Under the pieces are notes generated by a model. It was not told the origin of the DNA. It saw nothing but the letters and a program-made list of their open reading frames with translations, and searched no databases. A stretch of DNA of 62,795 bases, counting the filler, from Collodictyon triciliatum (lineage: Eukaryota): NCBI GenBank assembly GCA_043381765.1. It is 5 parts of 5 records of this genome, joined end to end, with 100 filler letters (N's around TTAATTAATTAA, not from the genome) between each part and the next. Parts side by side here need not be neighbours in the genome. Positions count along the whole stretch, not along the records: positions 25,171 to 37,648 come from JBHJMP010002160.1; positions 37,749 to 50,213 come from JBHJMP010002161.1; 3 more parts are not named here. One strand, 5' to 3'. Below are positions 25,304 to 37,841 of the stretch, one piece after another. Every line of letters begins with the position of its first letter. Within the stretch, counting starts at the first letter, position 1. A program made the position numbers and the translations under genes.

Positions 25304-25990
25304 CTATCTCCCACACATCACCACCTGCTTTGGAACTACTTGCCTGATGGTTGAATGAAAGATTGTTGAGACGGGCTCAACAGCTAAGACTTTTAGAATA
25401 AAAAAAAGACGCCTTGGACACTTTTTACTCATGACCGTAAACTTTGCAGGGAGCTGGTTCCTGTGACAAAGAAGCTTCACCACGGCTGTGTCTGTGAAAA
25501 AGCCTTTGTCCTTTTTGATCTCCACGTGGGTCGGTCTGAACGGCTTCAGCTCCTCACGAATAAGTTGCGGCCACAAGCCCAGCGGTAGTTGGTAGATCAT
25601 CACCGAGGACTCTGTTGGTTTACTTCTGCTGAAGCTGATCGTAGTATCGATCAAACTTATCTGCCTCAGTTCCAGAAGCTTTCGGGCGTTCTCTGCAGTG
25701 CGGAAGGCGATCAGGCAAAGGCCTTCGCTGTCCGGTAATCGCAGTTGAATGAACTCGTCCCAAAGTTTGTTCGCTTTCAAGAAGGAGGCGAGCGCATCTG
25801 TTAGTCTGCGGGCCTTGTTCTTGTTGTAAACGACTTGCTCGACATCGTGCAAAAATACTGTCCGCTCAGACAGACTTGCAGGCGGCTTCCTTGCGCGGGT
25901 CTTCCTAGACTTACGTGCGACTCGGGGTTTCTGCACCAGCGTTGGAACCAGAAGAACTGGCAGCAACTTGCAAAGCCTTCCATCTATCAC
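25304..25990 (-). mobile_element. Non-LTR retrotransposon (LINE) ORF1-like fragment
   Basis: Intronless, GC-richer ORF at a contig end. RRM-like tract (LIAFRTAENARKLL) plus VMIYQLPLGL...IREELKPF...GFFTDTAVVKL resembles L1/Tx1 ORF1. No clean start and no intact zinc knuckle. Confidence 0.55.
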
Positions 25991-27646
25991 AATTTACACT
26001 GATTATCCTAGGTCTCCGCCTGTGTTTTCCACGGACTGTTATGAGGAGCTTGACTTGATGTCAGGGATAATATACACAACTCTATTTTATTTTCATTATA
26101 TATCTCGCGCATCGATTTACCATCCTGAGAGGACAATAATTCACAAACTCTAAATCTTCATTAGTTAATTTTCCTGACCAAAATCCTCTCTATGAATCAA
26201 GAATATGCCATAAGCTCCCAATGAAAATAACAGTATACTTTTTTCTTTTTCTTTAAATAAATGAAGGGTCGGATACAAAAAAATATTCAATATTTGTACA
26301 TCATCAGCGATCAGGAAGTAAAAGTGACTATGACTTCGTGGATAACGCACGTATTTATTCACACTTATCACGAGACATTAATTGTTCAACTCACAATTTT
26401 CAAAAAGATAAAACCACGTATAATTCCTTTTTTTTTAATTCAAAACATATCTCGTTTCTATTGCACTTAAGCCCGTTTGAAATTGTTTGCGGATTTATAA
26501 TATACAAGATATTTGATACATTACAAAAAGGGTTAACGAAAAAGAAAGAAAAAGAGGTATTTTCTTAAAAATTCATTTTTCAATTTTAAGCAAAATATTA
26601 CCCTTAAATGATTCAAATTATTTCAATTTGATTCAATATCTCAAGTTTTGAAAAAAAAGAGGTATTTATCTAAAGGCAATTAATATATGATGAAAGAGTT
26701 ATTTTTTTTATGATAATGTGATGTAATCATCTTTATCAAAAGCAAGTTAGGGGTGGATAGATACTTATTGATCCATATTCACCTCGAGCCCATTTCAAGA
26801 ACATTGACCATCTGAAGAAAATATGTTAATACTTGATATTATACACAATCTTTAAGGAAATCCATAATTTTATTCGCATGAAACGAGGTATTTCCCCCCT
26901 GCACATATCAATCTTATGCTGAGTGATTTTTTCTGGACTTGATTTTTTCCCCTTTGTATTAAATTAAAGGGAGCCATTTATTAGTGATTACCTTAATAAG
27001 AAGAAAAAAATTGTGATATTCCACCTCTATAAGGCCCTGGTTCCATTACAAAAATTTTTCTCAAAATTTTAAATATGACTTTGATTTTTTTAAAATTATC
27101 TTTATATACCAATATTTCACCAATATTACTATTTAGTGAATAAAGCTTTCTATTCCATAGGTTTAGACACAAATCTACCTTTTTATTGAGCACTAATTTT
27201 TCAAACGAGCTATGTCTGATAATTTCGGTCGAAATCAGCTCTGTTTATAATGTCAATGTTCAGCGGATCTTGTTTATTTCCATCGAAATATATTCAGTGG
27301 AAATACTTTTTTTTTTTTTTGCAAATTTGAATCGATTATCTTACCTTTGTTCAATAATCACTCTTGAAATCTTTATAAACATTATTTTATTTTTTCCAAA
27401 GTATATTGTCCCAACGAATTAAAATTTTTTTAACTAAAAATACGGATCAGGACTAATGAAAAAGCATTCTTTTGTTGAAATATCCCATATCAATATTTTT
27501 AAAGATGATTCGATTCCTTGTCATGTCAATCATAAGATAATGTAAATGATTGGATTAATCAGTAGGGGTGATTAGTAAAATAATTGTGTATTGAAGTAAC
27601 GTAATGTCAATCTTAAGATTTTTCCAATAGGAGGAATATTCAAGAC

Positions 27647-30600
27647 ATGTCTGCAACCGAAACAAACACCGAGGCCAACATCAGCCTTGTCACCATCGAC
27701 GAAGTCTGCACAAATACACACATATTCATCAAGAAATATTTTATTTATTGAAGAGGATTGATAACTTAATCTGGCAACTGAGCACAGGCTGTCCTGGAAT
27801 GGGTGAACCACCACCTGGGAAAAATCGAGCTCAAGGCGAAAGACATCCGCGATAACTTTATGGACGGATTCTTATTGGCCATGCTGATTGAGACGGTCAC
27901 CGGAAAGTCCTTGGGAAGCTACCATTCCCGCTTGTTTGCGTATGCTTTATTCGTGATATTCACAATTTTATTTTTCCATTTTTTTTCCTAGGATTGGCAT
28001 TTCATCCATTTTATATATCAGTGACAAAGCCATTGAGGAGGAGATTCTTGTTGAAGAGAATCAAAAACTCATCGTTGATTGGTTTCTGAAATTGAATGTG
28101 CATGATGAGGCTGTTGCTTCCCAGGCCCATTACGCTGGTTTGCTTTCAATATTAAAGGGAACTGTTTTAGGATTTTTTCATACATCATCCATTTATTTTG
28201 TTTGAGTGACATATAAATATTCTTACAGATTTGCTCAATGCAATGCTCCAGTATCTTATTGGACAAAGCGTTGGTGATTTGGGAAGCCTTGGGGTAACAA
28301 TATTCTTTTTCATAATTTTTTTATTCTCACGATTTTTTGAACTATGAAGTTTAATTTCCAATCGTTAAAAATTGTAGAAAAAATGTCGTGAGAGGTACGA
28401 TATTGCCAAGAAGCTCTACGAAAGAGCGAAGGCTCCGTTTCCGTTCCATGGTTGAAACTCTATTTTTCTTTTTTTTTCTTTTTTCTTTTTCTTTTTTCTT
28501 TTTGTGATTTTTTGATTTATTTTTATCAAAGACCAACAAAATTAAATTTAAAAATCGATGTAGGTCTTGGTCTGGAAGATAAAGGCTCTGTCGTGCTCAT
28601 CCGCACTTGCATTCTTCTTGACAAGGTAATTAATAATTTATTAAAAATAATAAAATAAAAATTGACCAAATACATTCAGTTTTTGTGAAATATAATGTTG
28701 ATTTCAAACCAGATGAAGCTTGCTCGTGAAGACCTGAAGGAGAGACAATACAAGAAGTGGAATCCGGCTCCACAAAGATACGTGACACCGACACCATTGC
28801 CGCTCATTGTCTTTGACGAGCGTGTCATCCGTGTTTTCCTATCTCCACTTTCCGTGACATGCAGAAAGAAAGAGACGAGTTTTTCAAGAATGGAGCGCCT
28901 GAGTTAGTTTAATCCATCAAATTAAAAAATGAATCTAAAATAAGGAATGATAATTTGATACTTTTATTTTCCTTACAATATAAATTTAATGCCAGGTTGA
29001 AAAGACTTGCGAAATCGAAGGGAGTGGACCTTGTCTTTATCGATTTGCGCTGGGGACTGACTTCTGTGGATAGTAGCGAGGGATGGGTAATCACTTCATA
29101 ATAAAAAATACAATAATATTATTTTTCGAAAATTTTAAGATTATATTGCGTTTTATAAAAAAAACTAGAATTTTCTTTATATTACTTTTCAAAGGTTGTG
29201 ATTCGCTGTTTGGACTCCATCGGAAAGTGTCCATACTTTGTGTGCTCTCTTGGTGCGCGTTACGGCTGGATTCCTGACCAGAACAAAACGGAGCTGAGCA
29301 AACAAGCACGCCTTGAGGAGCTGCTGAATACCAAGCCTGATGCCACCATGAAGGATGTCTGGGTGGAATGGCGCAGTGAAACCAATAGCCGCTTCTCATT
29401 CATTGACGAAATGCCTGGGCTGAGTGTGACTGAATACGAGGTTAAGTCAATCTATACATTTCACCATGTATCATCCATCATGAAAAATTGAGAAATTAAA
29501 TAAACTATTCTCATAATCAAAATATATTTTCAGATTCAGTATGCCTGTCTGATTGACAAACCAGCATGCAGCCGCGCCTTCTTTTACCTCCGTGATGAGT
29601 ACTACGCTGTCCAACATGCCAAGAACGAAGAAGAAAGAAAGCTGTTCCAAGCTGAAAGTGAAGAGGCGGTAAAAATTGATAAAAAGTCTTATGTTTTCGT
29701 TTTCGAGTATATGTTATGATCATTTAATGATTCGATTTTTTGACACATATTTCAATTATATTGATTTTTTTAGCGCAAGAGGCAGGAGGAGCTCAAAGGG
29801 AAAATCAAAGCCAAGTTCGGGCATGTTGTCTACAAAGGAGCGAAGGAGTATTCGGACTTTGTGACTTACCATCTCACCTACGCCATCGAGCGCGACTTTG
29901 GGAATCAAACTGTATTTTATTTTTTAATTAGTGCAACAATATCAGTATTGATTGGTGACATATATTTCATTTATATTTTGTTCACATAAGTATACATAGG
30001 TGAGAGACCCTGAAGACCAAGCGCAGCACCAGTTCAAGATGCATCGACTGGCTGGGTTTGGTGGAAGAAAGGAGCTTCTCAAGACAATTACGGAGCAAGT
30101 AAGTTAAAGGTCAATTAATTAAAATGACAATAATATCCTTTGACTTTTCTTTTCTTATCTATAAATTATTTTTATCAGGCCATGAACCAGCTGAGCATGG
30201 ATAAGTCCAAAATCATCTTTCTTGCTGCAGAGTCTGGTATTGGAAAGTCGTCACTGATGGCTGCTACAGCGAGAGACCTTGAAGGGCTGAAGCATCCTGG
30301 GCTGCATGTCTTTTTCCATTTTGTTGGATGCACCAATCTCAGCAACTACGTGGAAAGGTTATTTCTATTTTTATTTTATTTTTTATAGATATAATAGAAA
30401 TTGTATTGGTTTTTCTAAAAATATTTGTTTTATTTTAGTGTTTCGATTCGCTTCTGGACTTTGGTCGCAAACTCTGCCAATTTCAGTGGGCAAAAGAAAA
30501 AAGAAGCTGGTACTGTATTTCTGTGCTTTATCCTTTTAATTCAAATATCGTGTAATTATTCATGTATTTATGTTATTTTGCCACCAGAATACGCAAAAGA

Positions 30601-33600
30601 GGGACTCCAGGGCTTGCTGAAAATGATTCAGGAGAAAAACAAGTAATGAGTCATTTTATGTATTTTTTTACATTCAATTTTTTTTTTATTATTCCTTTCA
30701 ATTTTGTGCAGGATGGTGGATTTTACATTCAATTATTAAACCAAAATCGATTTACTTTGAATCGAAAAATATTGATATTGATTTTATATTATAGGGACGA
30801 GAAGTTTATCTTCCTCGTCGATGCCATCAACCAAATCCACTCGTCGCAAGGTACACCAGCTCCGCATCTGCTGACCTGGTTGCCCAAAGAAACACCAGCT
30901 AATGTTGCCATGGTTGTGTCAACTATTCATACCCATGAATCTTGCACGGTATTCAGTATTTTTTTAATTTCTGGATATGTATATGTTGCTGTTTTAAGTG
31001 ATTTGAGTGGAACTTTGCTTAATTTATCTGTCATAAGTCTGCCAAGCAAAGTGGACTGGAGCCGATTCCTGTCGCAAAGTTGACCGAGGGCGAAGTTAAG
31101 GACGGTATCGAATCATTCCTCATTCGCTACGACAAGACCCTGAGCGAAAAGCAAGTTGGAATGATTCTGGATGACTTGGAAGATACCGGTGAAACATTTA
31201 AAAAAAAGAGTATATGGTTTGATTAATTTTTAATGGAATGATTTAATTACAAATATCTGAATTTTTATAGGCCATCCGCTTTATCTCCGCATCATTCTGG
31301 ATGAAGTCAGGGTCTTTGGCGTCTATGAGAAGCTTGATGATGAATTGTTTACTCTGCTTTCGACCAGCGGTGTTATTGAGCTTTACACTCTCATTATCAA
31401 GCGCTGGCAACTGAAGTTTGACAGGAAAAGTGAGTATTAGTTTCATATTTTACAGTTAAAAAATGAAAATTATAATTGTAACTTTTGTTGAATGAATTTT
31501 TTTTCAGTGGCCACAACTGATGGAAAAGAGACAATAAATATCGAGTATGTCTCCCTCTCGATGAAGGTTCTCTTTGTTTCCCGCATTGGCCTGACTGAAG
31601 GTGACTTGGACAAGTACATGAAAGATGCGATTGGCACAGGATTCGAGCTTGCTGAATGGTTTGTTTGATTGTTTTTAAAATTATCAACATCATATAATCC
31701 TTTTACCTTTTTTCCAGTTATTCATCTATCTATACCAACAGGAAATCTTTCTTCTTCACTCTCGTCGAGTCACTCTTTGTTCGCAATGGAAGGTTGGTCT
31801 TTTTTATTTTTTATTTAATATTTAAATACGCATGAATATAATTCAGTCATATTTTTATTTTGGATAGAACTTTACTTACTGTTTATTATAGATACATGTA
31901 TTTCCACCAGCTGCTGTTGGAGACCACCGAAAAGGCCTACTTCTTCGAAAAGAAAGAGATTGAAAAAACGCACGAAAAATACGGAGAATGGTTGTTTGGC
32001 CAGTATTCTGAGGCTGCTGACGTGGATGAGGAGCTCGCTGCTGAAATTTGCTACCAGCTTCTGAAGGGCAGTTCGTTTGACTTGCTTGTCGAATACATGA
32101 AGCAAAAACATGTAATCAATCAATCACTAAAGCTTTAATTTATAATTATTTTGAATTTTTGGACATAAGAATTTATTTTCACTGTTTAGTTTTATTGTTT
32201 CATTCATAGGTAATCAGCATCATGCTTGGTGGTCGCTATCGCTACGAGTTCTTTACATGCTGGAGAGCAATCAACGCAAGTGGAGCGGCGAACTATAAAG
32301 ATGTTTATGAAACTCTGGCTAAGGTATTTTATTTTTTCTCTTAATTTCTTTTAATTTTTGATGTGTTGGTGCTCATACAATATTATTATGAATCAGAGTT
32401 TAAATTTTAAACTTTTTAATTTTTTCAGTCTTTGGATAATGTAGGAGACCTGCTTGTTGAATTTTTCTTGGAGTCTTTTGAGAACTCGTTCCTGTTGTCT
32501 GTTCTTAATGCACGTCTTGGAAAGCATCAAACTGAAGGCATTTGATAATTTTTCTTCATAAATTTAGCATCACCAGTAAAGGAACATATATCTGAATGGA
32601 GTATTTAGCATACAATTCATAGTTTCAAGAGCTGATAACTACTTGAATCTTGGCCGTGCCTATAAGAACCTCCAAAAGTAAAAAAAATAAAATAAATTCA
32701 ATGAATGATGAATTATATTTTCCATAGGAATTAATTTCGATTTTTGAATGTTTCCTGTAAAATTGTAATTGTGTAGCTGGTCTGAGTCTATGGTCCAGTA
32801 CAAGAAATGCCTCGAATTAATCGAAAAAAATGAAGATGATTCCCTGCGCATCGCTGCAATTCGTCAAGAGATAGGGGTTATATACCAACAGCAGGATAAG
32901 TAAGGAAAAAATTATGCAAATAATCAATATTGATTAATAAGGCAATATTTTATATCTGTGATAATACAGAGTTGACGAGGCTATGGAAGAGTACAGGAAA
33001 TCTTTAAAATTCAGAATAAAACTACTGGAAGCGAATGACTTGCAAGTGGCTGAATCATATGACCACTTTGGTGATATCTATCTCAAGCAGTTAAAGTAAT
33101 TAGTTTTTTATATAATTTCTATTCAGCTTATGAAGGTAATTCGTAACATATAATGTGGACAATTTTATTTATCATAGGATTGAACAAGCTATGTTTGAAT
33201 ACAAAAAAGCCATGGAAATCCGCCAAAAGAAAGTTGGAACCGAGCACCCTCTTGTAGCCATATCATACCAAAATTACGGCCATGTGTGTCTGGCTGAGAG
33301 AGGGTAATATATCTCCGAATTATTCATTAATGTGTAAGTTTTTTTATTTTATTAATTTTTATTTTAAAGAAAGTGATAATACTTGGATTCTAAAGGTATG
33401 ATGAATCTGTTGAAAACTACAAAAAAGCAAGATTAATCTTTGAAAAATCGCTGGGAGCCCAGCACGCATATGTTGCTTCAACAATCCAATTTATTGCAAA
33501 TGTGTTTCTGGTTGTTGGAAAGTAAGAAAAGCTCACATTCACATTTGTATTTACACTGAAGCGTTCTGTGTAAAAAGTGGGTTCTAAATTCTAGGAAAAC

Positions 33601-36133
33601 TGAGGCATTGTCCTCATTAAAGACATCACTAGATATTTTCATATCTGCCCTTGGTGAAAATCATCCTAATGTTTTGACTAGCTATGAGCTCATGGCGAAC
33701 ATCAGCTATGATTTAAACGAGTATGATCATATCATAAAATTTCAATTATATTACTTAAATATGAGTATGAATTGACAAAAACATACTGAAGTAAATTCAG
33801 TTTTAAAGGGGCTTTGAAAGCTTTTGAAAAGACTCTCGATATATGCAAGAGGACACTGGGCGAAAAGCACACCAAATATGCGACTTTATTAGAAAATATT
33901 GGCAGAACAAACTTCGAACTTCGGAGGTGAATATCTTCAGTGAACAATTTTTTTATGCATAGAATTATATCAGAAATATTTATGTATTTGATAATGAATG
34001 ATATGTTGATTTCTCTTTCATTCATTCAGATTAGATCAAGTAATAGAGTACTTCCAGATGGCAGTCATGATCAGAATAGAATCAAATTCGGTTATGGCTT
34101 TAAAGTATGGACCAGAAATCCAAAACATAATTCGATTCATGAAGGAAAACAATGAATACAAAATAATTGTCTGTCTTTACAAAACACTGATTCACATATT
34201 ATGTGAAATTTACTCCCTGAATAACCTTGGCATATGGAGCAGCTGTGAAGAAGTTGATAGGATTTTCAAACAATTCACACATTACGACGAAGCAGTAAGT
34301 TTTTGGACAGAAATGAGAGACCAATTTTCTGATAAACTTGGATGGATTCACGCCAGAACATTAAATTCATGCGAGTACCTATCCTATCATTCAAAAAAAA
34401 CTGGAATCAACAGAGAGCCCGCCGAGTTTACAAGAGCTAAGGAATTTATCATGAAAAATCTTGATGATTCAAAACTGGATGAAGAATGGAATCGTGAGCA
34501 AATAATTGCATCATTATTCATGATTGTATACATGTCAAAGACTGATGAGAGCAAATCAAAGGCTGCGTCTGATGCAATCACCCTTTTGAATTTTATGAAT
34601 GTTTCATTCGAAGGCATGGATTTATCAAACATCAAAATTCCAAATGCACATCTCAGTAATTCAATCCTTGATGGTGCAAATTTTACTGGTGCCAACTTGG
34701 ATGGTGTTGACCTCACGAATTCGGTGCTTGGTGATAGTATTTTTGATAATGCGAATATGAATAGTGTGAAATTTGGAATTCCTCATGATAAATTGGAAGA
34801 ACATACAGATTCTATTCGAAGTCTTTGCAGTATTCAAGGAGTAAATGGTGAACATTGGTTGGCCTCCGGAAGCTGTGATAGTACGATATGTATTTGGGAT
34901 ATATTTACTGGAAAATTAATCAGAAAGTTTATAGGACACAGAAGTTCTGTAAACAGTGTTTGCAGTATTCAAGGACCAAATGGTGAAAATTGGCTGGCTT
35001 CTGGAGGAAATGATACAGTAATACGTGTTTGGGATGTAGCCACAGGAAACCTAATCCGAACCTTGGAAGGCCATAAAAGATATGTCGAAAGTATCTGCAG
35101 TATTAAAGGACCAAATGGTGAAAATTGGTTGGCTTCAGGAGGAAATGATACAGTAATACGTGTTTGGGATGTAGCCACAGGAAACCTTATCAAAACATTA
35201 GAAGGTCATGCAGAATCTGTTAACTGTGTTTGCAGTATTCAAGGACTGAATGGTGAAAATTGGCTGGCTTCTGGAAGCAAAGATAAAACAATACATATTT
35301 GGGATATAGCCACAGGAAACCAAATCAAAATATTGGAAGGTCATACTGATTGGGTTATCACTCTTTGTAGTACTCAAGGACCAAATGGTGAAAATTGGCT
35401 GGCCTCTGGAAGTAATGACAACACGATACGTATTTGGGATATAGGCACAGGAAACCGAATCAGAAAGTTGGAAGGCCATATTAGCTGGATTCGAAGTGTT
35501 TGCAGCATTCAAGGACCTAATGGTGAAAAGTGGTTGGCCTCTGGAAGTGGGGATAAAACCATATGTATTTGGGATGTAGCCACTGGCAACAAAATTAAAA
35601 TAATGAGGGTCCATACAAGCCGTATCTTTGGTGTTTGCAGTATTCAAGGACCCAATGGTGAAAATTGGTTGGCATCTGGGAGTCTCGATGAAAGGGCTCA
35701 CGTTTGGGATATAGATGAAAACCAAACACGCAACTCGCAAAAAACAGAAATGACCTACACCCAAGGAAAATACCTTGTCAAGAATGGGAAGCCAGATGAA
35801 GTCATCGCAATATTTTATATGACAAGTGATGCGATGAACATGATTGATACTAACAGAATCCAAGATGCAAAGACATTCCAGATTATCGGCCCAAGAAAGC
35901 TGCAAGGTGGAAACATCCTAATCAGAAATGTCGCAGGATTGAGTATATTCAACAAATCCCTCCTACTTTCAATCGGTGCTGCTTCCTTTGATGCGGACTT
36001 TGCTGCCTATTGTGAGCAGGGCAAGTTCACAAAGTTCCAGGCTGGAATGATGGCTGAGTGCTATGAAAACGGATGGGGTGTTGAAAAGGACACCGAGAAA
36101 GCAGCTGAGTGGAGACATAAAGCCACAGCTTAA
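27647..36133 (+). CDS. NLR-like STAND NTPase: CH-like, DUF4062, NACHT (NPHP3/TEP1 type), TPR, pentapeptide, 7xWD40, Sel1; one frameshift near 28843
   Basis: CH-like VLEWVNHHL...DGFLLAMLIETVTG. DUF4062 RVFLS[S]TFRDMQKER, DLRWG, LGARYGW, SVTEYE. Walker A AESGIGKS, Walker B FIFLVDAINQ, GHPLYL, SRIGLTE, YFHQ. TPR exons 32777-33926. Final exon from 34030 splices in frame into the 691-aa ORF. Confidence 0.85.
34795..35712 (+). repeat. Seven coding tandem WD40 repeats, 135-nt (45-aa) unit, high DNA identity
   Basis: Recurring tgcagtattcaaggaccaaatggtgaaaattggctggcttctgga unit. Protein consensus GHxxxVxxVCSIQGPNGENWLASGxxDxxIxIWD. Confidence 0.95.
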
Positions 36134-37648
36134 GGAAGTAAGTAATATCAATGAATATTTATTGATATATATTTTCCAACTATTATCATATGAAGTGGTA
36201 AAATTATCTAGGTTTCATCGGCGGGTAACATCATCTTTCCTCCCGAAGCATTGCATCAAAGACAAAATAAAGACATAAAAGAAATCTTCATGTTGGTTTC
36301 TTAGACTATTTTGTTTGTTACTTGGGAGCACTCTATGGAGCTTATTGATTATTGAAATTGTGTGCCACAGTTCAAAAAATGCGCACCAATAACTGTCATT
36401 GAGAGGGAGCAGGGTGTAATAGATGAGTTTGGTTTTATACACTTTTGAGCACGTGAATAAAAAATTACATTCGCCTAGAATCTTCATTATTAGCTTGGTT
36501 CGCAAACATGGATTACCATATCTCTAATTGGCATGAATTCAGTATGGTTGCTTTATTTCACCAGTATTGCTCTTGTTATTCCTCTTTTTCGTGGAGGCAC
36601 AATCAAACAAAAAATGATCAAAATGAAGACTTTGACCTCGAGAAAAGTCATCTTTGACCCTTTGTCACAATGAGTATGAAGAATGAAATAAAAACACAAT
36701 TGGCTTCAAATAACTGAATGAGCGCATTTTAAAATATTGATGTATATAAACTAAAGAAGAGGCGCTATAACACTACTTTTTTTTTTTAACTCTATATTAC
36801 CTTCATGAAGTAGTTATTAAAAAGCTTAATCATTGGACTGCCACAAAAATAAAAGCATATCGAATTGAAATAAACAATGACAAAAATTCTAATAAAAAAA
36901 AAGGTTTACAATAATAAAATTCCAAATTAGTGTCTCTAGGAGCGTCGATTATATCAAAAAGATTATGGTTCAAGCGAACTTGAATGAGAAATTATCACCT
37001 TAGTGGATGTGATATGTACCAGCAAAAGGAACGTGGCGAAACTTTGCTATTAAAAAAAAAAAGAATTAATTAATTATATCTGGCTATGAAAATCTCTTGT
37101 GGTCGACACAAATGCATTCACCAAGAGCAGGTCGGATGGCTATCTAGGATTTCACAACTTTTAAGACGCGATGCCCTTTGGTTTTGCACAAAAACCACAC
37201 GTATGGCAACCAAGCCTCAACTTTGACGACGAGAATGTGGTATACGAGCATACCAGACGCGACCGGTGGAGCGAGCAGCGGGGCTGCAGGAGAAGAGACT
37301 CTACCCGGCCGGCTGCGTGGTGCGCCTGGTGGGCGAGTACACTGAGACACTGACGCACGCCACACACCTGCGTCTGCTGGAGCAGCTGTACGAAGTCCAC
37401 CGCATCCGCGAGTGCGCCACGGAGGGCGTTGTGCTGCTGGCATCCGACCTGTCGAGCGGCCTGGGCCTTGCGTACCCCCGCAGGGCGACGGCCGAGCGCT
37501 TTGCCCCACAACAAAGGCGAAGCCACACCACAGCTCGTGCCGATTCCAGAGTCAGCGCACACACCAACCCAGGCAAAACTCCCGCCAACCCCAAAGACTC
37601 CACAAGAGGCTCCCCTTCCGCTGCGGACAAAGACCCAAACGTGGCCTC

Positions 37649-37748
37649 NNNNNNNNNNNNNNNNNNNNNNNNNNNNNNNNNNNNNNNNNNNNTTAATTAA
37701 TTAANNNNNNNNNNNNNNNNNNNNNNNNNNNNNNNNNNNNNNNNNNNN
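37649..37748. other. Artificial contig linker
   Basis: N44-TTAATTAATTAA-N44. Confidence 0.97.
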
Positions 37749-37750
37749 TT

Positions 37751-37809
<59 letters not shown>

Positions 37810-37841
37810 ATGTATGCACTGTCTTCTGTATTTATGACTAG

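Noticed and set aside
34795-35712. CRISPR-like repeat-spacer appearance
   Set aside because: In-frame coding WD40 repeats in a eukaryotic exon.
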